Shown here in pieces: positions 9,455-19,189 of a stretch of 64,000 bases of DNA. Position 1 is the first letter of the stretch; each line of letters opens with the position of its first letter. The notes beneath the pieces are model-generated. The model saw only the letters and a program-made list of their open reading frames with translations, did not search any database and had not been told where the DNA came from. The position numbers and the translations under genes are program-made. This DNA comes from an uncultured virus (IMG/VR IMGVR_UViG_3300033550_000001) (taxonomy: Duplodnaviria; Heunggongvirae; Uroviricota; Caudoviricetes), in IMG/VR virus record IMGVR_UViG_3300033550_000001. The stretch is one strand, 5' to 3'.

Positions 9455-10087
9455 ATGGCGAAGGGTGACCCGCCCAGCCACCAGCCGAGCCACCGGGCGA
9501 TGGTGGCGCAGCGGCGCGCACGGGCCATCGAGTTGAAGAACCGGGGCCTGTCCTGGCAGCAGGTTGCCGAGCAGATGTCCCCGCACTACCTGGACGCCGA
9601 CGGCCAGCCGTCGGCCGCCGCCGCCTGCGTGGACGTCTCCCGCGCGCTGAAGCAGGCGAACAAAGAGCTGGCGATGGGGCTGGAGGAGTACCGCGAGGCG
9701 GCGCGGATGCGGCTGGACGGCCTGCGCCGCCAGGTCCACGCGGTCCTCGCCCGGCCGCACTACGTGCTGCACGCGGGGCAGATCGTCCGCGACGAGGACG
9801 GCCAGCCGCTGCGCGACAGCGCCCCCGTCCTCGCGGCCGTGGACCGGCTCATGCGCATCGAGGAGCGACAGGCGAAGATCGACGGCACGGACGCCTCCGA
9901 GAAGCTGACCATCGCGCTGGACCGCCGGGTGGACGAGGAGACCACGGTCGTGGTGGAGGCCATCCTGGCCGGCGCCAACGCCGTGGAGCTGGAGCCGGCG
10001 CAGCGGCAGCGGATGCTGGAGGCGGCCGGCGCGCACCTGCGCGTGGTGGAGGGCGAGGTCGTCGGCGAGAGCGAGGACCCCGGCTGA
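9455..10087 (+). CDS. Probable terminase small subunit (HTH)
   Basis: RRARAIELKNRGLSWQQVA helix-turn-helix and AVDRLMRIEERQAKIDG, typical of actinophage TerS. Confidence 0.65.
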   Translation: MAKGDPPSHQPSHRAMVAQRRARAIELKNRGLSWQQVAEQMSPHYLDADGQPSAAAACVDVSRALKQANKELAMGLEEYREAARMRLDGLRRQVHAVLARPHYVLHAGQIVRDEDGQPLRDSAPVLAAVDRLMRIEERQAKIDGTDASEKLTIALDRRVDEETTVVVEAILAGANAVELEPAQRQRMLEAAGAHLRVVEGEVVGESEDPG

Positions 10088-10152
10088 CCAGCGCCGTAGG
10101 CGAGCGGGGCAACCCGTGGCATCATCCGGGGCCCGACAACCCAAGGAGCATC

Positions 10153-10398
10153 ATGGCCCTGCCCACCGACGGATACGCGCCCACGTCCATCGGCTACATG
10201 ATCGGGACCGACAACAACCTGACCGTGACGGTGTCCGTCAGCGCGAACACCGCGTCCCAGCGCGAGGCGGCGGAGCAGTTCCTGCCGTACCTGGAGACCG
10301 CGCTGACCGAACTCCGCGACAACTACCAGAGCGGCACGCAGCAGACGGTGCTCTACATCGAGCGCACGCACAGCGGCAGCCTGGTCGACGGCATCTGA
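10153..10398 (+). CDS. Hypothetical protein
   Basis: AAGGAG SD; good codon usage. Confidence 0.7.
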   Translation: MALPTDGYAPTSIGYMIGTDNNLTVTVSVSANTASQREAAEQFLPYLETALTELRDNYQSGTQQTVLYIERTHSGSLVDGI

Positions 10399-10586
10399 CT
10401 CGGGTTCGGGAGTAGCCCGCCGCCCTCGTGGGTACGACACAGCAGACGGCGGTCTGACGCCGCCTCAGCTCTGGAACCGCCCGGCGCCGCACCGGGCGGT
10501 TCCCGCGTTTTCCAGGCCGTTCGGCGATTCCCCGGTCCGTGGCTACCCTGCCGCCACGATCAAAGACCACGGAACAAGGGGTGTCC

Positions 10587-11666
10587 ATGCGCGTCCTGCT
10601 CACCGGGGCGGCCGGGTTCGTCGGCTCGCACGTCCTGCGTCACCTGCTCGCCCGCACGGACTGGGAGATCGTCTGCCCGGTGTCCTTCCGGCACAAGGGG
10701 CTGCCCGCCCGTGTCGCCTCCGCCGTGTGCGACACCGACTGGGGCAAGCGCGTGGACATCGTCCACTGGGACATGCGCGCCCCGGCGGACCCGCTGACCC
10801 TGCACATGTTCGGGGACTGCGACGTCATCATGAACGTCGCCAGCGAGTCGCACGTGGACCGGTCCATCGCCCACCCCGTCGACTTCGTGCAGAACAACGT
10901 CGCCCTGATGCTCCACGTGCTGGAGGTCGCGCGGGAGATCCGGCCGCGCCTGTTCCTCCAGATGTCCACCGACGAGGTGTACGGTCCGGCGTACGGCGAC
11001 CACCGGCACACCGAGTGGGAGACGGCCGTGCCGTCCAACCCGTATTCCGCGAGCAAGGCGGCGCAGGAGTCCATCGCCGTCAGCTACTGGCGGACCTATG
11101 ACGTGCCCCTCGTCCTCACCAACACGATGAACATCATCGGCGAGACGCAGGACCCCGAGAAGTTCCTCCCGATGGTCGTCCGGGGCCTGCGGGACGGCTT
11201 GCCGATCACCGTGCACACCGCGCTCGACGGCACGCCCGGTTCACGGTTCTACCTGCACGCGCGCAACCTCGCCGACGCGTGGCTGTACCTGACGCGCCGG
11301 TACACCGAGGCCGAACCGGAGGTGTGGACGCTGGGCGGCGACATGATCCGCATCGCCATGGGCCCGGCGCGCTACGGCGACGGGGTCACGCGGCCCGAGC
11401 GGTTCCACATCGTCGGCGAGCGCGAGGTGGACAACGTCGAACTGGTGCGGATGGTCGGGGAGGTCATGGGGCTGTCCGACGACTACGTCCGGGCCCTGGT
11501 GCAGCCGGTGTCCTTCCACGCCTCGCGGCCGGGGCACGACCTGCGGTACGCCCTGGACGGCTCGCGGATGGCGGCCTTCGGCTGGACGCCTCCGGTGTCC
11601 CTGGAGAAGTCGCTGGAGACCACCGTGCGCTGGTCGCTGGACAACCCCGAGTGGCTGGCCCTGTGA
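10587..11666 (+). CDS. NAD-dependent epimerase/dehydratase (dTDP-glucose 4,6-dehydratase-like)
   Basis: TGAAGFVG, ASESHVDRS, STDEVYG, YSASK, RPGHDLRYALD. Confidence 0.92.
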   Translation: MRVLLTGAAGFVGSHVLRHLLARTDWEIVCPVSFRHKGLPARVASAVCDTDWGKRVDIVHWDMRAPADPLTLHMFGDCDVIMNVASESHVDRSIAHPVDFVQNNVALMLHVLEVAREIRPRLFLQMSTDEVYGPAYGDHRHTEWETAVPSNPYSASKAAQESIAVSYWRTYDVPLVLTNTMNIIGETQDPEKFLPMVVRGLRDGLPITVHTALDGTPGSRFYLHARNLADAWLYLTRRYTEAEPEVWTLGGDMIRIAMGPARYGDGVTRPERFHIVGEREVDNVELVRMVGEVMGLSDDYVRALVQPVSFHASRPGHDLRYALDGSRMAAFGWTPPVSLEKSLETTVRWSLDNPEWLAL

Positions 11667-11705
11667 TGGTTTAGCAAAACCATGGAACGGGGATTTAACT
11701 AAATG
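11666..11705. promoter_or_regulatory. Two degenerate copies of the promoter palindrome
   Basis: ATGGTTTAGCAAAACCAT and GATTTAACTAAATG upstream of the regulator. Confidence 0.55.
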
Positions 11706-11816
11706 AGTGTCCCGGCCAGACCCGGCGGAACGACCCCGGGCCGTCGCCGGTCGACAAGGACCCCGGGCCAGTGGACGTGGCCCGGGGTCCAACCCAATCT
11801 ACGAGAGGGGCGTCCC

Positions 11817-12635
11817 GTGGATGCAGCACTTCAGCCCATCGTCCTGACGGAGCGCCAGCGCCGGCTGCTGTGGCTGCTGTCCGTCGGCCGCCCCCGCGAA
11901 GTAATCGCACGGGAGACGGGCGTCACGTCCGTCGGGGTCAAGAGTTCCTGCAATCGCATTTACCGTCAGCTCGGGGCGTCCACGGCCGCACAGGCCGTAC
12001 GCAACGGTCTGCTGGCCGGGCACATCGGCCCGTACGAGGATTGCGGGACGCTCGCAGCCTACCGCCGCCACATCAAGCGGGACGAGGCGATCTGCGCGGC
12101 GTGCAAACGCGGCAACCGCGAGCGGGCCGAGACCGAGGCCGCGTTGCGCAACCGCCGGGTGACCCTGTCCGAGGCCGAGACACGGCTGTTGCGCGCGTTC
12201 GACGCCGGCCGCACGGTGGCGCAGATCTGCACCCGTTGGGGCGTCAGTCAGAAGGTCGTCAAGGAACTCACCGCGTCCGCCTATGCGGCCCTCGGGGTGA
12301 GCCACCTGCCTCAGACGGTGCGCCGTGAGGCCGCGCTGCGCGAGGCCGCCGCCCGGGGTCTGCTCCGCCTGCGGATGCCGGAACCCCGCGTCGTCCGAAC
12401 CAACCCGGTCACCCTCACGGACACGCAGGTGAGAGTACTCGTAGCGCTAGAGGACGGGGCGTCCCTTTCCGAGGCGGCACGTGAGCTGAAGATGCATCCG
12501 GGGACCCTGTCCACGCGGCTGAGCGAGGCGTACCGGCGCCTGGACGTGGCGTGGATGGACAAGGCCGACCGCCGCCCCGCCGCCCTGCGCAAGGCTCGTG
12601 AGCACGGCCTGCTGCCCGAGCCGGCCACCACCTGA
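11817..12635 (+). CDS. Transcription regulator with three LuxR-like HTH repeats and a Cys/His motif
   Basis: LTERQ.., LSEAE.., LTDTQ.. HTH repeats; CGTLAAYRRH..CAAC. Confidence 0.75.
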   Translation: MDAALQPIVLTERQRRLLWLLSVGRPREVIARETGVTSVGVKSSCNRIYRQLGASTAAQAVRNGLLAGHIGPYEDCGTLAAYRRHIKRDEAICAACKRGNRERAETEAALRNRRVTLSEAETRLLRAFDAGRTVAQICTRWGVSQKVVKELTASAYAALGVSHLPQTVRREAALREAAARGLLRLRMPEPRVVRTNPVTLTDTQVRVLVALEDGASLSEAARELKMHPGTLSTRLSEAYRRLDVAWMDKADRRPAALRKAREHGLLPEPATT

Positions 12636-12655
12636 GCCGTTTGGCCGTTTCGTGA

Positions 12656-13908
<1,253 letters not shown>

Positions 13909-14011
13909 ACTCGCCGCCGTCTGCATTGCACCACCGAGGCCCGCACCGACACCCCCGTCCGGTGCGGGCCTCGTCGTGCTCCGGAAACCGCGCGCCGCCC
14001 GGCAGCCGACA

Positions 14012-16216
14012 ATGGCGGGCATGGCGGACACGAGGCTGAGGAGCCGCGCGGCGGAGAAGCTGCTCATGCACGCGCGGACGCTGACGGAGCCGCGCTGGAC
14101 TCCGCTGCCCCACCAGGTCCCGCCGCCCGGCGACTGGTACGGATGGCTGCTGCTGGCCGGGCGAGGCGCCGGGAAGACCGACGCGTGCGCGCGGTACGTC
14201 CACGAGCACGTCATGGGCCCGCCGTGCCTGCCCGGTCCCATCCCGCACTGGATCGGGATCATCGCGCCCACCCTCGGCGACGCGGCGACGTCCTGCTACG
14301 CCGGCCCGTCCGGCCTGCGGGTGCACAGCCCCGAGGCGAAGATGACGACCCGCCAGGGCGGCACGATCATCAAGTGGCCCAACGGTAGCGAGGCCAAGGT
14401 GTTCGGCGCGCACAGCCCGGAGGACATCGAGCGCCTGCGGTCCGGCGGTAACCGGTGCGTGGCCGAGGGCACCCTGGTGCGCACCGAGTACGGAGAGAGA
14501 CCCATCGAGACCATCCGGCCCGGGGACCGCGTGTGGACGCGCAACGGCCTGCGAGAGGTTCTGGCGGCCTGGGACAACGGCATCAAGGACGTCGTGCGCT
14601 ACGACCACGACGCGGGGTCCACGTGGCTCACGCCGGATCACAAGGTGGCGACGGCCGACGGCTGGAAGCCGGTTTCGCTCGTTCAGCCAACGGAGACAAT
14701 CTTTACATGGGGAAATACGGGGATTCGATACGGTACGACGGCGTCACCTGGCATGCAGGCCCGGACGACTACTACCGGAGCACGCGGCACGGACTGCTGC
14801 ACCGGTACATGTACGCGCGGGAGGTCGGTCCGATCCCCGCAGGCATGCAAGTGCACCACCGCAACCACAACAAGCGGGACAACCGGGTCAGCAACTTCGT
14901 GCTGCTCGCGCCGGGCCAGCATTGGCACGAGCACGGCGAGGAGCGCGGAGAGGACTGGCACCGTAAGGGCGGCCGGGCAACCTGGGACCGCGCGGAATAC
15001 CGGGACTTCACCTGTCAGCGGTGCGGCGCAGTCTTCCGCTCCCGAGGGACGACCGGAGCGCGGTACTGCCCCGGAGCCTGCCGGGAGGCTGTTGCTCCGT
15101 CACGAGCACGGGAGCAGCGGGTGTGCGGCGTGTGCGGCGACGCGTTCGAGTGCCAGCGCCGGAACCCGACCCGCACTTGTTCGCGCCGGTGCACTTCGGT
15201 CCTCGCGTACCAGTCGCGCCGTGCGCGTGTACGACCTGACGATTGAACACGATCACGAGTTCTTCGCGGGCGGCCTGCTCGTCTCCAACTGCCTTGCGTG
15301 GCTGGAGGAGCTGGCCGCGTGGCGCTACCTGGACGACACCTGGGACCAGATGCGGTTCGGCCTACGCGTCGGCCCACGCCCGCACTGGATCGCCTCCACC
15401 ACCCCCAAGCCCCGGGCCCTGATCAAGAAACTCGCGGCCGGCGGTGTGGGCAACGTCGTGCGCACGCACGCGTCCATGTACGACAACCCCCACCTGCCCG
15501 AAGACATCCGGGCCGCGCTGGAGGACGCCTATGCGGGCACGCAGATCGGTCGGCAGGAACTCCACGCGGAGATCATCGACGCCGACGAGAACGCGCTGTG
15601 GAACCGCGCGATGATCGACGACCACCGGGTGCGCCCGAGCGACCTGCCCGACCTCGCACGGATCTCCGTCGGGGTGGACCCGTCGGGCGGCCGGGGCGAA
15701 CAGGGCATCGTCGTCGTCGGCAAGGCGGTGCAGGAGCACGTGCGGGCCGACGGCCGCCCGACGCAGCTCGCGCACGGCTACGTCCTCGCCGACAGGTCGT
15801 GCCACCTCTCCCCGGACGGCTGGGGCCGCCGCGCGGTGCAGGCCGCCGTCGACCACGAGGCGGACGACATCTGCGTGGAGGTCAACTTCGGCGGGGACAT
15901 GGCCGTCAACACGATCCGCGCGGCGGCCGACGCCCTGGGCGTGCGCATCCCCATCAAGGTCGTGCGGGCGACGAGGGGGAAGAAGGTCCGCGCGGAGCCG
16001 GTCAGCGCCCTTTCGGAGCAGGGCCGGTGGCACATGGTGGGGGAGCACCCGGAGCTGGAAGACCAGATGTGCACCTGGTACGACGAGCTGGACTGGAGTC
16101 CGGACCGTCTGGACGCGATGGTCTGGCCGGCCTGGCACCAGCGGATCGTGAAGGCGACCATGACCGGCATTGCCGTGGCCGGCGGTCTGTCCTCGGCGAC
16201 ACGCTCCATCGGGTGA
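14012..16216 (+). CDS. terL: Terminase large subunit containing an intein (alternative start 14021)
   Basis: Walker A AGRGAGKT, Walker B LAWLEE, ASTTPKP, nuclease GVDPS and SPDRLDA. Confidence 0.93.
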   Translation: MAGMADTRLRSRAAEKLLMHARTLTEPRWTPLPHQVPPPGDWYGWLLLAGRGAGKTDACARYVHEHVMGPPCLPGPIPHWIGIIAPTLGDAATSCYAGPSGLRVHSPEAKMTTRQGGTIIKWPNGSEAKVFGAHSPEDIERLRSGGNRCVAEGTLVRTEYGERPIETIRPGDRVWTRNGLREVLAAWDNGIKDVVRYDHDAGSTWLTPDHKVATADGWKPVSLVQPTETIFTWGNTGIRYGTTASPGMQARTTTTGARGTDCCTGTCTRGRSVRSPQACKCTTATTTSGTTGSATSCCSRRASIGTSTARSAERTGTVRAAGQPGTARNTGTSPVSGAAQSSAPEGRPERGTAPEPAGRLLLRHEHGSSGCAACAATRSSASAGTRPALVRAGALRSSRTSRAVRVYDLTIEHDHEFFAGGLLVSNCLAWLEELAAWRYLDDTWDQMRFGLRVGPRPHWIASTTPKPRALIKKLAAGGVGNVVRTHASMYDNPHLPEDIRAALEDAYAGTQIGRQELHAEIIDADENALWNRAMIDDHRVRPSDLPDLARISVGVDPSGGRGEQGIVVVGKAVQEHVRADGRPTQLAHGYVLADRSCHLSPDGWGRRAVQAAVDHEADDICVEVNFGGDMAVNTIRAAADALGVRIPIKVVRATRGKKVRAEPVSALSEQGRWHMVGEHPELEDQMCTWYDELDWSPDRLDAMVWPAWHQRIVKATMTGIAVAGGLSSATRSIG
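14456..15289 (+). mobile_element. Intein (278 aa) in TerL just before Walker B
   Basis: Block A CVAEGTLV, block B LTPDHKV, block F VYDLTIEHDHEFFAGG, block G LLVSN followed by Cys +1. Confidence 0.92.
14707..15246 (+). CDS. HNH homing endonuclease with Zn-finger C-terminus, nested out of frame in the intein
   Basis: GGAG SD at 14692; LHRYMY..GPIPAGMQVHHRNHNKRDNRVSNF..H; CQRC, CPGAC, CGVC, CSRRC. Confidence 0.88.
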   Translation: MGKYGDSIRYDGVTWHAGPDDYYRSTRHGLLHRYMYAREVGPIPAGMQVHHRNHNKRDNRVSNFVLLAPGQHWHEHGEERGEDWHRKGGRATWDRAEYRDFTCQRCGAVFRSRGTTGARYCPGACREAVAPSRAREQRVCGVCGDAFECQRRNPTRTCSRRCTSVLAYQSRRARVRPDD

Positions 16217-16299
16217 CCAGGCTTCGCCGTTGCCCGAGATGGTGAATCGGGGGATCTGCCCTACCCTGCCCCGGGATTGATCCCCTCAAGGAGGCAGTC

Positions 16300-16665
16300 A
16301 TGGGCAAGGTCTACGGGCGAGAGCCGGCGGTATGGCTGGCGGCCGTCGGCGCGGTGTGGCAGATCCTGAGCGCCTTCGGCTTCGGGTTCGACGCGCAGCT
16401 CCAGTCCATCATCACGGCCGTCGTCGCGGCCGTCCTCGGCGTCATCGTCGCCGTGCAGGTGGGTGACGGCATCATCGCCGCCGTCAACGGTCTCGTGGTG
16501 GCAGGGGTGTCACTGGTGAGCTACTTCGCGTTCGAGTGGAGCGCGGAGGACCAGGCGAAGGTCGTGGGCGCGGTCATGCTGCTCGTCGCGTGGTTCGTCA
16601 CCCGGCCGAACGTGGCCGCGCCGCAGCCCGCAGCCGTCTCACCGTCCGGCCGTCTCGTCGCTTGA
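16300..16665 (+). CDS. Membrane protein, holin-like (about 4 TM)
   Basis: AAGGAGG SD; GREPA N-terminus; hydrophobic helices. Confidence 0.7.
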   Translation: MGKVYGREPAVWLAAVGAVWQILSAFGFGFDAQLQSIITAVVAAVLGVIVAVQVGDGIIAAVNGLVVAGVSLVSYFAFEWSAEDQAKVVGAVMLLVAWFVTRPNVAAPQPAAVSPSGRLVA

Positions 16666-16776
16666 CGCAACCGGGTCACCAGGCGCAACGTCTCTCCTAT
16701 GGCGGGGCGTTCGGCCTGGTGACCACCTCCAATCGTCGCCCGACAGGGCGTCCCGTCCACGACCCTGGAGCGCCCC

Positions 16777-17211
16777 GTGCCCGCCTGGCTGCTCGTCGCC
16801 TGCATGATCCTCGCCAGCTACCGCGCCTCCCGCCTCGCCGCGAAGGACACGTTCCCGCCCGTGTTGTGGCTGCGCGACCGCCTCGCCGGCGGGTGGCGAC
16901 CGCTCACCGACCGGGAAGAGGAGAAGTGGGGCCCGGTGCCGGGTCTGTCGGACGACGAACCGTTCGTGCGGCACCCCTCCCTCGGCACCCTGACCCGACT
17001 CGACGGCCGGGTGAACCGCTACGTCCGCCGGGCCAAATGGTCGCCCCACTGGCTCGCCGAACTGATCACCTGTCCGTGGTGCGTGTCCGGGTGGCTGTCG
17101 GCCGCGATCACAGCCGGCGTCGCCTTCACCGTCGGCGTCCCGGCGCCGCTCCTCGTGTGGGGCGCGGTGTGGGCCGGCGCCGCACTGCTCGCCTCGCGGG
17201 AATGGGCCTGA
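16777..17211 (+). CDS. DUF1360-like membrane protein
   Basis: YRASRL..KDTFPP..LRD and ELITCPWC motifs. Confidence 0.7.
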   Translation: MPAWLLVACMILASYRASRLAAKDTFPPVLWLRDRLAGGWRPLTDREEEKWGPVPGLSDDEPFVRHPSLGTLTRLDGRVNRYVRRAKWSPHWLAELITCPWCVSGWLSAAITAGVAFTVGVPAPLLVWGAVWAGAALLASREWA

Positions 17212-17242
17212 CCGCCCTCGCCGGACCGATAGCCTTCGGGGC

Positions 17243-17494
17243 ATGGACGTCACGAGAAACCCCGACGGGAGCCACACACCGTCGTACGACCCCGAGTGGC
17301 CGCCACACCTGGAGGTCCAGTGGACCGCAGGGGTCGCAGCCTGTGAGACCGGACTGCGTATCCACGTCGTCGACCTGGACGACGACAAGTACGCCGTGCA
17401 CGTGGGCGGCAGCGGCCAGAGCCCGATGGACCGGGCGAGCGTGTACGCGTACCTGGACGGGGTCGTCGCCGGTGCGCGGGAGGCACGGCGTTGA
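17243..17494 (+). CDS. Hypothetical protein
   Basis: ORF with good codon usage, coupled to the next gene. Confidence 0.6.
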   Translation: MDVTRNPDGSHTPSYDPEWPPHLEVQWTAGVAACETGLRIHVVDLDDDKYAVHVGGSGQSPMDRASVYAYLDGVVAGAREARR

Positions 17495-17859
17495 CCAAGG
17501 AACCCCGCACCCCTGCCCAGCTCGCCGACGACGCCGCCGAGGCAGTCCGCGCCCTGGCCCACGCCACCCTGTCCCGTCCGGCCGCCGGGTGGGAGTACCC
17601 GAGCGACGCGTACAGCACCGTGGCGAACCTGGCGATCCTGGCGAACCGGCTCACGCAGGCCGTTGGCCAGTTGGAGGGGTTCGTCGGTGAGATGGAGGAC
17701 GACGGCCGTCTGCGCAGCGACCACGGGCCGGACGATCTGGAGGTCCGGCTGCTCGCCTTTCACAGCGCCATGGCCGAGGCCATCCAGAAGACTCGCGCGC
17801 TGTACGCCTCCCTGGACCGCGCGCACCAGGCCCTCGGCTCCGTCGGTTCCCCGGAGTGA
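17491..17859 (+). CDS. Hypothetical helical protein
   Basis: TTGA overlap, GGAGG SD. Confidence 0.7.
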   Translation: MTKEPRTPAQLADDAAEAVRALAHATLSRPAAGWEYPSDAYSTVANLAILANRLTQAVGQLEGFVGEMEDDGRLRSDHGPDDLEVRLLAFHSAMAEAIQKTRALYASLDRAHQALGSVGSPE

Positions 17860-17896
17860 CCGCACGCTGTCGGCGGGTGCCGGTAGCGTACGGGCC

Positions 17897-18445
17897 ATGA
17901 CGACCGAGGAACCCCGGGGTGCCCGCACCCACGCCATCCCGCTGCCTGAGTCCCGCCGGGTCAAGCGGGCCATCGACAGCCTGGAGACCGGGCTGGACGC
18001 CCGCAGGCCCGCCGGTGCGCAGCACCCGATGGGCGACGCCGGGTACGCCGCGCAGTATGTCGGCCTGCTCAAGGGCCTCGTGGCGCAGATGGAGGAAGGG
18101 CTGCGCGGCGGGCCGCTGGAGGCCGACGTGCAGAAGGGGTGGTTCACCGCGTACGAGCGGGACCTGCCCGCGATGCTGTCGGGCCTCGCCGGACAGTTCC
18201 GGGCCCTGTCGGAGTTCGCCCGGCAGGGCATCGTGCAGGTGCCGCAGGCGAGTCAGCAAATGTCCGTGGCCGCCGTCGCGCTGCTCGCGGCGTACCACGC
18301 GTTCGGCGCCGCGTCGGAGATCGCCGTGGGCACCGGCTCGGAGGACTTCCACGCCGACGAGGTGGCCCGGCACTCGGAGGAGATGTACGGGGCCGCCGAC
18401 ATGCTCACCGACTACGTGGCGAAGAAGCGGGCCGAGGGGTTGTGA
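17897..18445 (+). CDS. Hypothetical protein
   Basis: ATG start, high-GC3 codons. Confidence 0.7.
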   Translation: MTTEEPRGARTHAIPLPESRRVKRAIDSLETGLDARRPAGAQHPMGDAGYAAQYVGLLKGLVAQMEEGLRGGPLEADVQKGWFTAYERDLPAMLSGLAGQFRALSEFARQGIVQVPQASQQMSVAAVALLAAYHAFGAASEIAVGTGSEDFHADEVARHSEEMYGAADMLTDYVAKKRAEGL

Positions 18446-18473
18446 CAACGACCTCGGGATGATTTAATCAAAC
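18436..18473 (+). promoter_or_regulatory. Conserved promoter/palindrome P2
   Basis: TTGTGA-N17-TTTAAT; TGATTTAATCAAACC. Confidence 0.8.
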
Positions 18474-18502
18474 CAAGGAACCCGACCAAGGAAGGAACGG
18501 CC

Positions 18503-18682
18503 ATGGACCGTACCGCGCTTGCCCACCAGGTGTCCCTCACCCTCGGTGACCACACCGGGGACTACGACATCGACGCCGTCGTGGAAGACCTGGTCCAGGA
18601 ACACGGACCCATCGAGAACATCGACGCCGTCCCCAATGACGTCTACTGGGAGACCGTCCGCAAGCACGACCGCGCCGCCTGA
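18503..18682 (+). CDS. 59-aa acidic protein (absent from the ORF track)
   Basis: MDRTALAHQVSLTLGDHTGDYDIDAVVEDL..; follows P2 and a GACCAAGGAAGGAAC leader. Confidence 0.75.
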   Translation: MDRTALAHQVSLTLGDHTGDYDIDAVVEDLVQEHGPIENIDAVPNDVYWETVRKHDRAA

Positions 18683-18752
18683 CCCGCGCGGCCAGGGAGC
18701 CCCGGAGCCACACGGCCCGGGGCTCCACAGTTCAGACCAAGGAATGATGACC

Positions 18753-19139
18753 ATGGGGCGCGAGACGTTCGCGGTGAAGCCGAGGCAGACGTACGTGCCG
18801 TGTCGGACCTCCGCCGGGTCCCGGTGCCGGCCGTTCGTCGTGGAGCGCGTGCACGGTGACGACGTCTACGTCTGGGACCCGTTCGGCGGTATCAAGGGCC
18901 TCGGCGGGCACCGGTGGGTGAAGGTCTCGTCGCTGCACCCGACGGGCCTGACCGACAGGGGCGCGGAGCGCCGGACCGGATACCGGCTGCACTCCGCGCC
19001 CGCGCCGGGGCAGGAGCTGTGCGGGATGTGCATGACCTACGTCGACCCCGACGCCCTCGCCGTCTCGGCGTGGGGCTCCGGGCACAGCGCCTGCAAGCCG
19101 TGCATGGCGGACATCGAGCAGCGGTACGGACAGCGTTGA
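18753..19139 (+). CDS. Hypothetical protein with C-terminal CxxC pairs (start 18744-18753)
   Basis: GACCAAGGAA leader; followed by a terminator. Confidence 0.65.
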   Translation: MGRETFAVKPRQTYVPCRTSAGSRCRPFVVERVHGDDVYVWDPFGGIKGLGGHRWVKVSSLHPTGLTDRGAERRTGYRLHSAPAPGQELCGMCMTYVDPDALAVSAWGSGHSACKPCMADIEQRYGQR

Positions 19140-19149
19140 CCGCACCGCA

Positions 19150-19185
19150 ACGAAGCCCCGGAGCCGCATCGGCCCGGGGCTTCGT
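19150..19185. terminator. Hairpin between convergent genes
   Basis: ACGAAGCCCCGG..CCGGGGCTTCGT. Confidence 0.8.
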
Positions 19186-19189
19186 CGTG

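Noticed and set aside
11640..11648. GACAACCCC as an eleventh -35 box
   Set aside because: Lies inside the dehydratase CDS and on the wrong side of the nearby palindromes for its orientation.
14455..14706. N-terminal 84 aa of the 263-aa HNH ORF in the track
   Set aside because: Shadow of the intein N-terminal splicing domain; SD plus ATG at 14707 marks the likely start.
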